This document shows positions 1 to 8,824 of a stretch of 64,000 bases of DNA, piece by piece. Every line of letters starts with the position of its first letter. Positions within the stretch are counted from its first letter, which is position 1. The notes beneath the pieces were generated by a model. That model ran no database searches. It saw only the letters and a list, made by a program, of their open reading frames with translations, and was not told where the DNA came from. This DNA comes from Bermanella sp. (lineage in GTDB: Bacteria > Pseudomonadota > Gammaproteobacteria > Pseudomonadales > Oceanobacteraceae), in assembly GCA_051277445.1 (NCBI GenBank), contig JBNMQC010000003.1:14391-78390 (forward strand), written 5' to 3'. The translations under genes and the position numbers were made by a program.

Positions 1-174
1 ATTACCTCTTCAAGGCGCTTTCAACTGGTGCGCTTAAGCGACCATAAAACCATTATAAAAGCTCAGTCTTTTTATGCGTGTATTGATCTAAAAACCGGCC
101 GCCCAGCACGGATGCCCAAGGAGTTCATTGATGTACACAGGCAAGCGCTGGCGGTTCACCAAACCTCTGAATGA
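1..174 (+). CDS. 3' end of a probable acyl-CoA thioesterase (hotdog fold), truncated by the window edge
   Basis: Frame 1 is open from base 1 to TGA at 172-174: ITSSRRFQLVRLSDHKTIIKAQSFYACIDLKTGRPARMPKEF..., which resembles the C-terminus of 4HBT/YbgC-like thioesterases. Not in the ORF track. Confidence 0.55.
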   Translation: MTSSRRFQLVRLSDHKTIIKAQSFYACIDLKTGRPARMPKEFIDVHRQALAVHQTSE

Positions 175-235
175 GAACTTCATTAAGTTGAAAGAATTGT
201 CAGCTAAACTGACACTATATAAGTGATACTAGGAT

Positions 236-1219
236 GTGGTGATGCAAGTAATGAGCGAGTCGGGTGCTGAAATGAAGTGGACACCCGAACAAGTTAAAGG
301 GCAAATTCCCGCATTAAACACGGATCTTCTTGGTAAGGATATGCCAGAGTTCGTCAACCTGTATAACCAGCACTACGGCCTAGATCTAGAGTCCAAGTAC
401 ATTGGTTTGCAGCATGTGGTTGGGGTTTTTGAAGTGGCTCAATTCAGTATCAGTGGTCATGTGTTTGTTTTGCCTGAAGCAAAAGGTACCGTATTGCTGG
501 TTCATGGCTATTACGACCATGTGGGGTTGTATAACAAGATCATCGACCACTGTTTATCACAAGGCTATAGCGTGTTTAGCTATGACTTGCCCGGCCATGG
601 TTTAAGCAGTGGCGAGCGCGCAGCGATCGATTCGTTTCGTCAATATGATGAAGTGTTTTGCGCGGCGCTTAACTGGGTGCAAACCCATTTGCCGTCGCCA
701 CTTGTGGTCATCGGGCAGAGCACAGGCGGTGCGGTAATCATTAATTATCTGCTCAGTCGCGCAATTGATCGATCGGCATCGCCTTTTGCCAATATCTTCT
801 TAATGGCGCCTTTAGTTCGCCCAGTGGATTGGCGAATTTCTAAATTATTCTATTATTTGGCTCGCCCTTTTGTGAGCCAGCTTAAGCGTGAGTTTGCGCA
901 AAACTCCCATGATTTAGATTTTTTATCCTTTATTAGTACGTCAGATCCTTTACAGCCTTTGTTTTTAAAAACCAATTGGGTTGGCGCACTGAATAAGTGG
1001 ATTAAATTTATTGAAGCCAGTTCGGCTGTGGACCTTGATATTAACGTGATTCAAGGCACGCAAGATGGCACCGTGGATTATCGCCACAACATGCTGGTGC
1101 TAGAAGATAAATTCAAAGGCTTTAATGTGACCTTTGTGGAGCAAGGCCGCCACCATTTGGCGAATGAAGAATCGGCTAAACTACAGCAAGTCCTGGCGGC
1201 CATGACGCCATTGGTTTAG
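236..1219 (+). CDS. alpha/beta hydrolase, lysophospholipase/monoglyceride lipase-like
   Basis: VHGYYDH, DLPGHGLS, nucleophile elbow GQSTGG, QGTQDGTVD and GRHHL give a Ser-Asp-His triad. The start may be a later ATG. Confidence 0.85.
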   Translation: MVMQVMSESGAEMKWTPEQVKGQIPALNTDLLGKDMPEFVNLYNQHYGLDLESKYIGLQHVVGVFEVAQFSISGHVFVLPEAKGTVLLVHGYYDHVGLYNKIIDHCLSQGYSVFSYDLPGHGLSSGERAAIDSFRQYDEVFCAALNWVQTHLPSPLVVIGQSTGGAVIINYLLSRAIDRSASPFANIFLMAPLVRPVDWRISKLFYYLARPFVSQLKREFAQNSHDLDFLSFISTSDPLQPLFLKTNWVGALNKWIKFIEASSAVDLDINVIQGTQDGTVDYRHNMLVLEDKFKGFNVTFVEQGRHHLANEESAKLQQVLAAMTPLV

Positions 1220-1312
1220 GTCATATCGCCAAGCCTAGTACTTGCAATCAATAGTCGTTAAACTGCGTGGCTAATAATAATTTTAATAAAAAATTCATGG
1301 AGCGAAGTCGTC

Positions 1313-3019
1313 ATGCTTAGGTCGTTAAAACTCACATTATTGCTGTGCATCAGCGTGTGGCTCGTAGGCTGTGCCACCTATGGTCAAGATGTACGTAAAG
1401 GCTTAGACCTAACGCAACAAGGTCAATATAGTGAAGCGGCAGGGGCCTTTGAAAAAGCCTTGGACCCAAAGGGCGATGATCGCCTGCTGTATTACACCGA
1501 ATTAGGCATGGTGTATCACCTTGCGGGTGATTACGAAAAGTCGAATCGCTTACTTGAATCCGCTGAACGCATTTCTGAAGACCTATATACCAAGCGCATC
1601 AGTGACATGCTCACCACCGCCATGAGCAACCCTCGCCAAGGCCCCTATCGCGCCCCTAATTTCGAGCGTGTTTTCATTAATTATTACAAAGCGTTGAATT
1701 ACCTGATGCTGGCTGTCGATAGCACGGACAACAAAGTACGTGAGCGTGCATTAGAAGGTGCCCGCATTGAAAGCCGCCGTATCGATATGGTGTTAAGTGA
1801 TATTGAAACGCAAAAAGGTAACTACCAAGAACAGGCGGATCGTGAAAAATCCATGTTCTCTAAGTTGATGCGAATCTTTAATAAGCTGACCGGTGAAATC
1901 ATTGATCGCGACAAGATCGTCTATCGTAATGACGCGTTTGGGCATTATTTAGCCGGTGTGATTTACGAGCAATACAAAGAATACGACGAAGCGCGCGTGG
2001 CTTATCAGAAATCCGCGTCACTTTATGAAAATGGCTATCAAAAGCAGTATGGCTTAAAAAAAGACATGACCGAGCAGGCCTGGTTCGACACCATCCGCAT
2101 GATGCAAAAAGCCGGCGGCTGGCGTAATGAATGGCCACAATTGAGCCAAAGTAAGCTAAGCAAAGACAAGCGCCAGCTGTTAAAAGACTTCAACGAAATG
2201 GGTCACCTCATCGTGCTGGAGCATACCGGTATGGTGCCTGAACGCGATGAAATGAACATGCTGCTCACCGCCGACCCCAATACGCGTCAGGTGGTGATTC
2301 ACCCTATTTTAACCGGTGACCCAGCGCGCCAACTGGACCAACGTTTTTGGTTTTATGCCTTGTATGCCGATAAAGGCATTACCGACCTCATGAGCGCCAT
2401 TTATGAAGAGCGAGTGATTCCCGCTTTATTGCAGTATTCCATGGTGAAACGGGAGTACTTAGGTCCACTATGGGATGTGGCAGATGGCTTGGGCTTGGTG
2501 CAAGTGCTGCAACAGGGTATGCGCATTACGGTGCCGTATTACCGTGTTACTTCTTATAAAGGGTCGGGCCCATCCAGTTTAAATGTGGCGGGTGAGGATC
2601 ATCCGATGTTGACCGGGCAGTCCGTTGCGCACTTGGCTGTGCAGCAGCAGTTGTTGGATGCCAGTGTGGATATTCAAGAAGCCATGGCACGGGAGGCCTT
2701 TAAGAATTTAACCGCCGCTCAAGCGGCTTCTGTGGGCGGCGATGCCGGAGCTGTGCTTGGCTTCTTAGGAAAAATTGCTGCCAATGCGTCTTCTTCGGCT
2801 GAGACCCGCAATTGGCTACTACTGCCTGATCAAATTAAAGTGACGCGGATCCCGCTAACCCCTGGCACGCATACGGTGACATTGAACAGCGAGCCGTTAA
2901 AAGGCCAGAAACAAACACAAACTAAACAAGTGGACATTAAACCCGGTGAGATGGCTGTGTGGAAAGTACGAACTTTCCCAACTAAAGCGAATCAGACCTC
3001 TCTACAAGTGGGTTTATAG
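1313..3019 (+). CDS. COG3014-like lipoprotein with N-terminal TPR-like helices
   Basis: Lipobox LVGC, YY.ELG, E..F.NYYKALNYL, ARIE.RR and AETRNWLLLP motifs; lies directly upstream of an LpoB-like gene. Confidence 0.7.
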   Translation: MLRSLKLTLLLCISVWLVGCATYGQDVRKGLDLTQQGQYSEAAGAFEKALDPKGDDRLLYYTELGMVYHLAGDYEKSNRLLESAERISEDLYTKRISDMLTTAMSNPRQGPYRAPNFERVFINYYKALNYLMLAVDSTDNKVRERALEGARIESRRIDMVLSDIETQKGNYQEQADREKSMFSKLMRIFNKLTGEIIDRDKIVYRNDAFGHYLAGVIYEQYKEYDEARVAYQKSASLYENGYQKQYGLKKDMTEQAWFDTIRMMQKAGGWRNEWPQLSQSKLSKDKRQLLKDFNEMGHLIVLEHTGMVPERDEMNMLLTADPNTRQVVIHPILTGDPARQLDQRFWFYALYADKGITDLMSAIYEERVIPALLQYSMVKREYLGPLWDVADGLGLVQVLQQGMRITVPYYRVTSYKGSGPSSLNVAGEDHPMLTGQSVAHLAVQQQLLDASVDIQEAMAREAFKNLTAAQAASVGGDAGAVLGFLGKIAANASSSAETRNWLLLPDQIKVTRIPLTPGTHTVTLNSEPLKGQKQTQTKQVDIKPGEMAVWKVRTFPTKANQTSLQVGL

Positions 3020-3071
3020 TGCATCGTGCACTAAACTAAAGACCGATTAAATTAACATCACGAGGGAAGCA

Positions 3072-3677
3072 ATGATGAAAAAAGTAGTAACTTATGCGGT
3101 ATTGGCAGGCCTTTGTGCCACTTTATTGAGCGGCTGTGGTAGCACCCGTGTAAACCGCGTGGATGCCAATCAAGAGATCGCACTAACTGATAAATGGAAC
3201 GATAAAGACTCTCAGTTGGTGAGCGAAGAGATGATCGGCGATATGTTGTCATTCCCTTGGATTCGCGACTTTAAACGTGACAACGGTGGCGATAAGCCAA
3301 CCGTGATCATTCAGCGTGTGCGTAATAAAAGTCATGAGCATATTTCAGCTGAAACCTTCTTGAACGACTTAAAGCGCGCCATTATTCGTAGCGGCGATGC
3401 GCGTTTTGTTGCCAGTGCCGATGAGCGTGCCGATGTTCGTGATGAGCGTGCAGACCAAGAGCTCAATGCGAAAAAAGCCAAGGCCATGGGGAACGAAACT
3501 GCAGCCGATTTCGCGCTGTCTGGCAGCATCAACTCGTTTGTTGACCAACTTGATGGTGATCGTGTTACCACCTATCAGGTGGACCTAAAGCTGATCAACA
3601 TGGAAACCAACGAAGAAGTTTGGAACGGTCAGAAAAAGCTGAAAAAGCTTCAAGAAAAGTCTAGTTACGGCTGGTGA
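3072..3677 (+). CDS. LpoB-family (COG3417-like) outer-membrane lipoprotein
   Basis: Lipobox LSGC, V.N..HEHI, ADFALSGSI and YQVDLKLINMETNEEVW, typical of the LpoB/CsgG-like fold. Lacks the long Pro-rich linker of E. coli LpoB. Confidence 0.75.
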   Translation: MMKKVVTYAVLAGLCATLLSGCGSTRVNRVDANQEIALTDKWNDKDSQLVSEEMIGDMLSFPWIRDFKRDNGGDKPTVIIQRVRNKSHEHISAETFLNDLKRAIIRSGDARFVASADERADVRDERADQELNAKKAKAMGNETAADFALSGSINSFVDQLDGDRVTTYQVDLKLINMETNEEVWNGQKKLKKLQEKSSYGW

Positions 3678-3725
3678 GTTCGGTTCGTTAACCGTTAATT
3701 GAGACAAATTTCAAGGTAGCAGAGT

Positions 3726-4745
3726 ATGCGTTTAATGGTCGCCGCGTTAACGGCAAGCTTATTAGTGACGGGTTGCATGAGTAACCCCAGTAAGAAGCCA
3801 TCATCAGCCACACCGGACTGGGTGGTAAACGAGCCGGTGCAAGGCGGCCATGTTTACGGGGTGGGCAGTGCGCCCGTTTATGGCGACTCAGCCCGCGCAT
3901 TGCAGCAAGCTCAAGATGCAGCACGTGTGACCATGGTTCAAAAGCTAAAGGTGACGATTTCTGGCACCCTAACCCAGGATACGCAGGAAGTGCGTCAGAC
4001 TGGGCAGCAAACTCAACTGATGAAAACCGTGCGCAACACCATTAGCAGTACCATTCCAGATGCTGAGCTGGACAACGTTGTGGTGGAAGAAAACTTTGTG
4101 GATAAGACCAACAAGGTAGCTTACAGCCTAGTGCATCTTGATCGCGTGAAGGCGGCCAGTAAATTACGCCAGCGTATCAGTGACCTAGATATGCAAGTGA
4201 CAGACTTAAACAATAAAATCTCAACCAGCCAAGATACCTTGAAGCAGTTGCAAGGGTTAATGCCGGCCCTGAAATGGTTAGAGCAGCGTGAGCGCTTGTC
4301 GGAGCAAATGCAGTTGGTGGATGTGAATAACCGCCGTGCAGCAAAAGATGACATGCTGGTCGACGCGGAAGACCGCATCAAAGGGTTATTTGATCGCTTA
4401 GTGGTGAACCTGATTCCGAGTAATGCGGATGGCAGCAAAATGCGCGATGGCTTAGTGTCTTCCCTAACCGACTTAGGGTTGCGCATCAGTGGACAGTCGC
4501 CACACTTGATTTTCCGTTATGCCGCGAGTCTAAGGCCTATTGAAAAAGCCGGCCGTTTTATTGTATTTGCCTCTGGTAAGGTGAGCATCGAAGATGCTAA
4601 CGGACGCACCTTGAGTAGTTTTACTCGTGAAGCAAAAGGGGTGAGTGCAGCTTCCAGTGAGCAAGCCCAATTTAAAGCAGTGCAGGGGTTAGCCGAGGTA
4701 TTGGGGCAAGAATTAGCCAGTAGTTTTGTGACAAAAATCGATTAG
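3726..4745 (+). CDS. LPP20-family lipoprotein
   Basis: Lipobox VTGC, PDWV, VYGVGSA and A.AQDAAR..M motifs, followed by a coiled-coil and a C-terminal alpha/beta domain. Confidence 0.65.
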   Translation: MRLMVAALTASLLVTGCMSNPSKKPSSATPDWVVNEPVQGGHVYGVGSAPVYGDSARALQQAQDAARVTMVQKLKVTISGTLTQDTQEVRQTGQQTQLMKTVRNTISSTIPDAELDNVVVEENFVDKTNKVAYSLVHLDRVKAASKLRQRISDLDMQVTDLNNKISTSQDTLKQLQGLMPALKWLEQRERLSEQMQLVDVNNRRAAKDDMLVDAEDRIKGLFDRLVVNLIPSNADGSKMRDGLVSSLTDLGLRISGQSPHLIFRYAASLRPIEKAGRFIVFASGKVSIEDANGRTLSSFTREAKGVSAASSEQAQFKAVQGLAEVLGQELASSFVTKID

Positions 4746-4767
4746 CGACAACAGGCCTGATTTTACT

Positions 4768-4800
4768 AAAACCTGGCAGCGCAAGCTGGCGGGTTTTTTT
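4768..4800. terminator. Intrinsic terminator, probably bidirectional
   Basis: CCTGGCAGC-GCAA-GCTGGCGGG imperfect stem followed by T7; A4 on the left side; between convergent genes. Confidence 0.7.
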
Positions 4801-4819
4801 GTGCCTTTTGATTGGGGGG

Positions 4820-6385
4820 TCAGTAAGTATTATCAGGAAACTGCAGGCGAATTTTTTGGAATTCAGGCATAAGATCCAGTGCCACTGTCACCAAGTTTGG
4901 ATCGAATTGTTTTCCACTGGCTTGCTGTAAAAAATCCACAATTTCATGGTACGTGTACGCTGGTCGATACGCTTTATGACAGCCAAGCGCATCGATTACG
5001 TCCACCACGCTAACGATACGGGCAGTATAGTCAATCTCCTCGCCCTTGAGCTGTTTAGGGTGACCCGTACCATCCCAGTGCTCATGATGCTGAGCCGCGA
5101 TACGGCTTGCCATTTTAAGCACAGGCCGTTCTGACTTACTTAATACATTGGCACCAATTTCGGTGTGTTGCGCCATGATGGCTTTATCGGATTCGCTATA
5201 GAAGGTTTGTTTTGTGAGGATATGATCAGGAATGCCGATGGTGCCGATATCGTGTAAAGGTGCGGCCAATTTAATGCGCTCACAGGTGTTGTCGTTGAGC
5301 CCTGCTTTACAAGCCATTAGATAGGCCATTTTACTCACTCGGCGCACATGATTGCTCTCATCGGGTAAGCGCCGTTCGATGGTTTCACTTAATACATACA
5401 CCAGCTCTTGGCGACTTTGGCGAATCGCTTCTTTCTGATGCAGGTTATTATGGGTGATGGCGACACACTTGGTGTAAATATCCAATAAGTGACAACCGAT
5501 TTTATTCAGTCGGGCATTGGGGCGAACATATAATAGGTTTTCACCTGCGGCCTTAATATTGTAGTAACCGATGTACACCTCTTCATTATGAATACTGGTG
5601 TGACTTGATTTCGCTTGATCAAAGTACTGCGTGATCTCTTGCGGTAATTGAGCGTCTTCTGAGTTGTCTAAGAAATGACGTATCTTTCCTGTGGCCGCGA
5701 GAATGGCATAACGGTGATGTTGAGTCTTTGCGGCGACTGCATCAACCGGTGTATGGGTGCAAACCGCTTCTGCTTCTAGGTTTAATAGGGTGCCAATTTC
5801 CTCTAATACCGCGCTTGCGAATACAGGTAACTGCTGGGTATCGACAATCTTAGACGTGGCTTCTATCAAGTTAAATAGCCCTTGACGGTTTGCCGCAATG
5901 GTGCGGATATCGCGATAACTTCTTAGGGCGCTGTAAAGCAAGGTGCGAAGCTTGGTTGAGGTGAGCTCCGTTTTGTTTTTGTAATCGTTAATATCATAAC
6001 GCTCGATGACGGTTTCTTCAGGGGCTTGCCCTGGTTGACCGGTACGGAGCACCAAACGGATGTCTTTGTCTTTCAGCTCATCCCGAATGAATTGTACAAG
6101 GCGAAGGCCGGCATCATCGGTTTCCATCACCACATCCACCAATGCAAGGGCGAACGGTGGCTGTTCTTGAAGGATACGCTTCGCTTCGGCCATGGAATAC
6201 GCATGCACAATGTCTACATCCGCTTGGTCAAATTGACAGCCAGCGAGTACCAATGAGGTGACTTTATGGACTTGCTCTTCGTCATCCACGATCAAGATGC
6301 GCCAATTGACACGCGCTGGCGTTAATGACTCGCTGCTTTCTTCCGGCGCGTCATCGTCCCCAAATAGAAGATCCGAATCTGACAT
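4820..6385 (-). CDS. Response regulator with REC, DUF3369-like and HD-GYP domains (putative cyclic di-nucleotide phosphodiesterase)
   Basis: REC: IVDDE, LVDVVME, RTGQPG, YKNK. HD-GYP: NHVRRV, LHDIG, HHEHWDGTGHP, DVIDAL, QFDP. SD AGGAG precedes the ATG. Confidence 0.9.
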   Translation of the reverse strand: MSDSDLLFGDDDAPEESSESLTPARVNWRILIVDDEEQVHKVTSLVLAGCQFDQADVDIVHAYSMAEAKRILQEQPPFALALVDVVMETDDAGLRLVQFIRDELKDKDIRLVLRTGQPGQAPEETVIERYDINDYKNKTELTSTKLRTLLYSALRSYRDIRTIAANRQGLFNLIEATSKIVDTQQLPVFASAVLEEIGTLLNLEAEAVCTHTPVDAVAAKTQHHRYAILAATGKIRHFLDNSEDAQLPQEITQYFDQAKSSHTSIHNEEVYIGYYNIKAAGENLLYVRPNARLNKIGCHLLDIYTKCVAITHNNLHQKEAIRQSRQELVYVLSETIERRLPDESNHVRRVSKMAYLMACKAGLNDNTCERIKLAAPLHDIGTIGIPDHILTKQTFYSESDKAIMAQHTEIGANVLSKSERPVLKMASRIAAQHHEHWDGTGHPKQLKGEEIDYTARIVSVVDVIDALGCHKAYRPAYTYHEIVDFLQQASGKQFDPNLVTVALDLMPEFQKIRLQFPDNTY

Positions 6386-6406
6386 GCTGACTCCTTATTT
6401 ATTATC

Positions 6407-6416
6407 AGTTTAGACA
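6407..6416 (-). promoter_or_regulatory. Putative RpoS-type extended -10 (TGTCTAAACT) for the HD-GYP regulator
   Basis: C at -13 followed by TAAACT; the predicted start near 6400 leaves a ~15-nt leader containing the SD; no good -35. Confidence 0.45.
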
Positions 6417-6472
6417 TATCTTGCGAGTCTGCTGCTACTCTTAGTGAGGAAAATGCATTTTTTTCACCTGAG

Positions 6473-6482
6473 TGTCTAAACT
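6473..6482 (+). promoter_or_regulatory. Putative RpoS-type extended -10 (TGTCTAAACT) for the sensor kinase
   Basis: Same 10-mer as at 6407-6416 in the opposite orientation; the predicted start near 6489 is ~26 nt before ATG 6515. Confidence 0.45.
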
Positions 6483-6514
6483 GGAGATATCCCATGGAAA
6501 ACAAGAGGGCCTAA

Positions 6515-8122
6515 ATGAGGCAATGGTATGCCCGGCTTGGCTTTGGCGACAAAATACAGCTGATCATTAATGTTGTGAGTATCAGCGTTCTCACGTTAGC
6601 TATCCTTGTGATTGGCGTGGGATTCTATGGGGAATTTAAACGTAATCTAGAGCATCGGGTGCTGCAGAAATCGAACCTGCTGGCGGATGCCGCTGCCGTT
6701 GGGGTGGTGTTTGATCAGCCTGAATCGGTGAATATGCTGCTGAGCTCCTTGGCGGTGGATGAGGGCGTCAGGTCGGCCATTGTGTATAAGAAATACGGCC
6801 CAGGCGATTATCGTTATTTCTCCCATTATGAAAAAGTCGCGACTCAGCGAGTGGACTTCAGTTATGAGGGCGGTCCTGTGCAGCAGTGGCGCGACGGTGA
6901 GTTCATTCTTCGCCTACCCATTTTAGTGGATAGTGAAGAGGTAGGCCGCTTATACCTTACCGAAGACGATAACTACCTTGCTAGCTTCGGGTTTAATATC
7001 TTGAAATACATGGTACCCGTGTTGCTTTGCAGTTTGTTGGTTGTGTGGTTGCTCTCTCGCAGCCTGCAATCAAAACTTGCCGCACCACTAGGGGATTTAA
7101 CCAAGGCTGTGCATGAGGTGGCTTATACGCAGGATTATGGCAAACAGGTGGAAATAGGCAGTGATGATGAGCTAGGTGAACTCGGTAGTGCGTTTAATTT
7201 TATGTTGTCTAAGTTATCAGAGCACGAAGCCTTTCGGATTGAAAAAGAAACCGAGATTGTAGAGCTTAATGCGGACTTAGAAAATAAAGTGTATGAGCGC
7301 ACTCGTGAACTTGAGGCCAGTTTAGCCAATCTGCAAATCACTCAGCAGCAGTTAGTTGAGCAAGAAAAGATGGCCTCTTTAGGAGAGTTAGTGGCGGGAG
7401 TCGCCCATGAAATTAACACCCCGATCGGTGTTGGGATCACGGCGGTGAGTCACCTTGTAGAGAGCATTGTACGTATTAATAAAGCCTTCAATACTGGCAC
7501 ATTAACCAAAAAACAGTTCGCTGAAATGCTTGAGGCAATTTTAGAGAGCGCCTCAATTGTTGAAAGTAACCTAGTGCGAGCTGCCGACTTAGTGAAAGCA
7601 TTTAAATCTGTGGCGGTAGATCAATCCAGTGCGGAGCCCAGACTGTTTTCACTTAAATCTTATGTGCAGGATATATTGACCTCACTTCGACCCAAGCTTA
7701 AACGCACCCCTCATGAAATTCACATGGATATCCCAGACGATTTAGACCTTTACTGTGATCCAGGTGTGGTGTCGCAAATTGTCACCAACTTGATCATGAA
7801 CTCACTGCACCATGCTTTTCAGGCCGAGCAGGTTGGCATTATTAATATTCGCGCGCATGTGTTGGAAGACGTGCTCAACCTGACATACGAGGATAACGGT
7901 CAGGGTATTGATCCAGACATACTGAAGCGTCTGTTTGATCCTTTTGTCACCACCAAACGCGGCCAGGGTGGCAGCGGTTTGGGCACACATATCATTTATA
8001 ATCTGGTCACCCAAGCCTTGGGTGGACGCATTCAGTGCTTTAGTGAACCTAATCAAGGCACTCGATTTGAGATCATCTTGCCTCTAGAGAATATCTCGGC
8101 AAACCATAACCATTTGCACTAA
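6515..8122 (+). CDS. Membrane sensor histidine kinase (periplasmic CHASE8/YfiN-like sensor, HAMP, HisKA, HATPase)
   Basis: Two TM helices; HAMP (DELGELGSAFNFM); H-box AGVAHEINTP; N-box NLIMNSLHH; DNGQGI, FDPFVTTK and GSGLG. Confidence 0.9.
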   Translation: MRQWYARLGFGDKIQLIINVVSISVLTLAILVIGVGFYGEFKRNLEHRVLQKSNLLADAAAVGVVFDQPESVNMLLSSLAVDEGVRSAIVYKKYGPGDYRYFSHYEKVATQRVDFSYEGGPVQQWRDGEFILRLPILVDSEEVGRLYLTEDDNYLASFGFNILKYMVPVLLCSLLVVWLLSRSLQSKLAAPLGDLTKAVHEVAYTQDYGKQVEIGSDDELGELGSAFNFMLSKLSEHEAFRIEKETEIVELNADLENKVYERTRELEASLANLQITQQQLVEQEKMASLGELVAGVAHEINTPIGVGITAVSHLVESIVRINKAFNTGTLTKKQFAEMLEAILESASIVESNLVRAADLVKAFKSVAVDQSSAEPRLFSLKSYVQDILTSLRPKLKRTPHEIHMDIPDDLDLYCDPGVVSQIVTNLIMNSLHHAFQAEQVGIINIRAHVLEDVLNLTYEDNGQGIDPDILKRLFDPFVTTKRGQGGSGLGTHIIYNLVTQALGGRIQCFSEPNQGTRFEIILPLENISANHNHLH

Positions 8123-8586
8123 TCTGGATCGCACGCTGCTATTAGGCACTGCCATTGCTCATCGCTGATCGGCATCACAGACAAGCGATTACCTTTCTGA
8201 ATTAATTTTAAATCTGCTAAGCGTTCATCTTTTAACGCAAGGGCTTTGATTCGGGCAAGCTTCAAGACGTGCTTAAAAGCGGTTTTGTATTCCATATCAA
8301 TGGCAAGCCACTTGTTATTGGTTAGTGATTTTTCATCAAAGTATGGGCTACTTGCATGAACCGCCAGTGGGTCTGGGTACGCGTCGCTGGCGACAGTCAT
8401 GATGCCTGCAAGACCGATCTCCTTGCAGCTTGAGTGGTAGAAAAACGCCAAATCACCCGGTTTCATTTGTGCAATGAAATTTCGGGCTTGATAGTTTCGA
8501 ACCCCATCCCATGGGGCAGTACGTTTTAGCCTGAGATCCTTGATGGAAAACTCGTCCGGTTCACTTTTTAATAGCCAGTAGGACAT
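8119..8586 (-). CDS. EVE domain-containing protein
   Basis: MSYWLLKSEPDEFS, WDGVRNYQARNF, FFYHSSC and RLSVMP are canonical EVE/thymocyte nuclear protein motifs. Confidence 0.93.
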   Translation of the reverse strand: MSYWLLKSEPDEFSIKDLRLKRTAPWDGVRNYQARNFIAQMKPGDLAFFYHSSCKEIGLAGIMTVASDAYPDPLAVHASSPYFDEKSLTNNKWLAIDMEYKTAFKHVLKLARIKALALKDERLADLKLIQKGNRLSVMPISDEQWQCLIAACDPD

Positions 8587-8697
8587 TTTACACCTTTACA
8601 AACATAGGGGTTTAGATACATATTCCGCTACCTGCGTTACATTAATTACAACTGTGCACGATAATTGCCTAATAAATAACGGGCGCGCACTCAAAGC

Positions 8698-8740
8698 TGT
8701 GACTTTAGTCACGGTGCTTAATGTTTAAACAGCCTAAAGT
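8698..8740 (+). promoter_or_regulatory. CRP/Vfr-like site with class II promoter geometry
   Basis: TGTGA-ctttag-TCACG at 8698-8713 (9/10 match to TGTGA-N6-TCACA). Placing its centre at -41.5 puts -12..-7 on TAAAGT (8735-8740). Confidence 0.55.
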
Positions 8741-8824
8741 AATAACAACAAAAACATTTACGGATATCTTTTAGGGCAACTTAGATTTTACAGGATGTAG
8801 AGTAACTGCCGGAGCTGAAGAAAA

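Noticed and set aside
6406-6483. sigma28 (FliA) promoter reading of the CTAAA motifs
   Set aside because: None of the three copies has a GCCGATAA-like -10 at 15 bp downstream.
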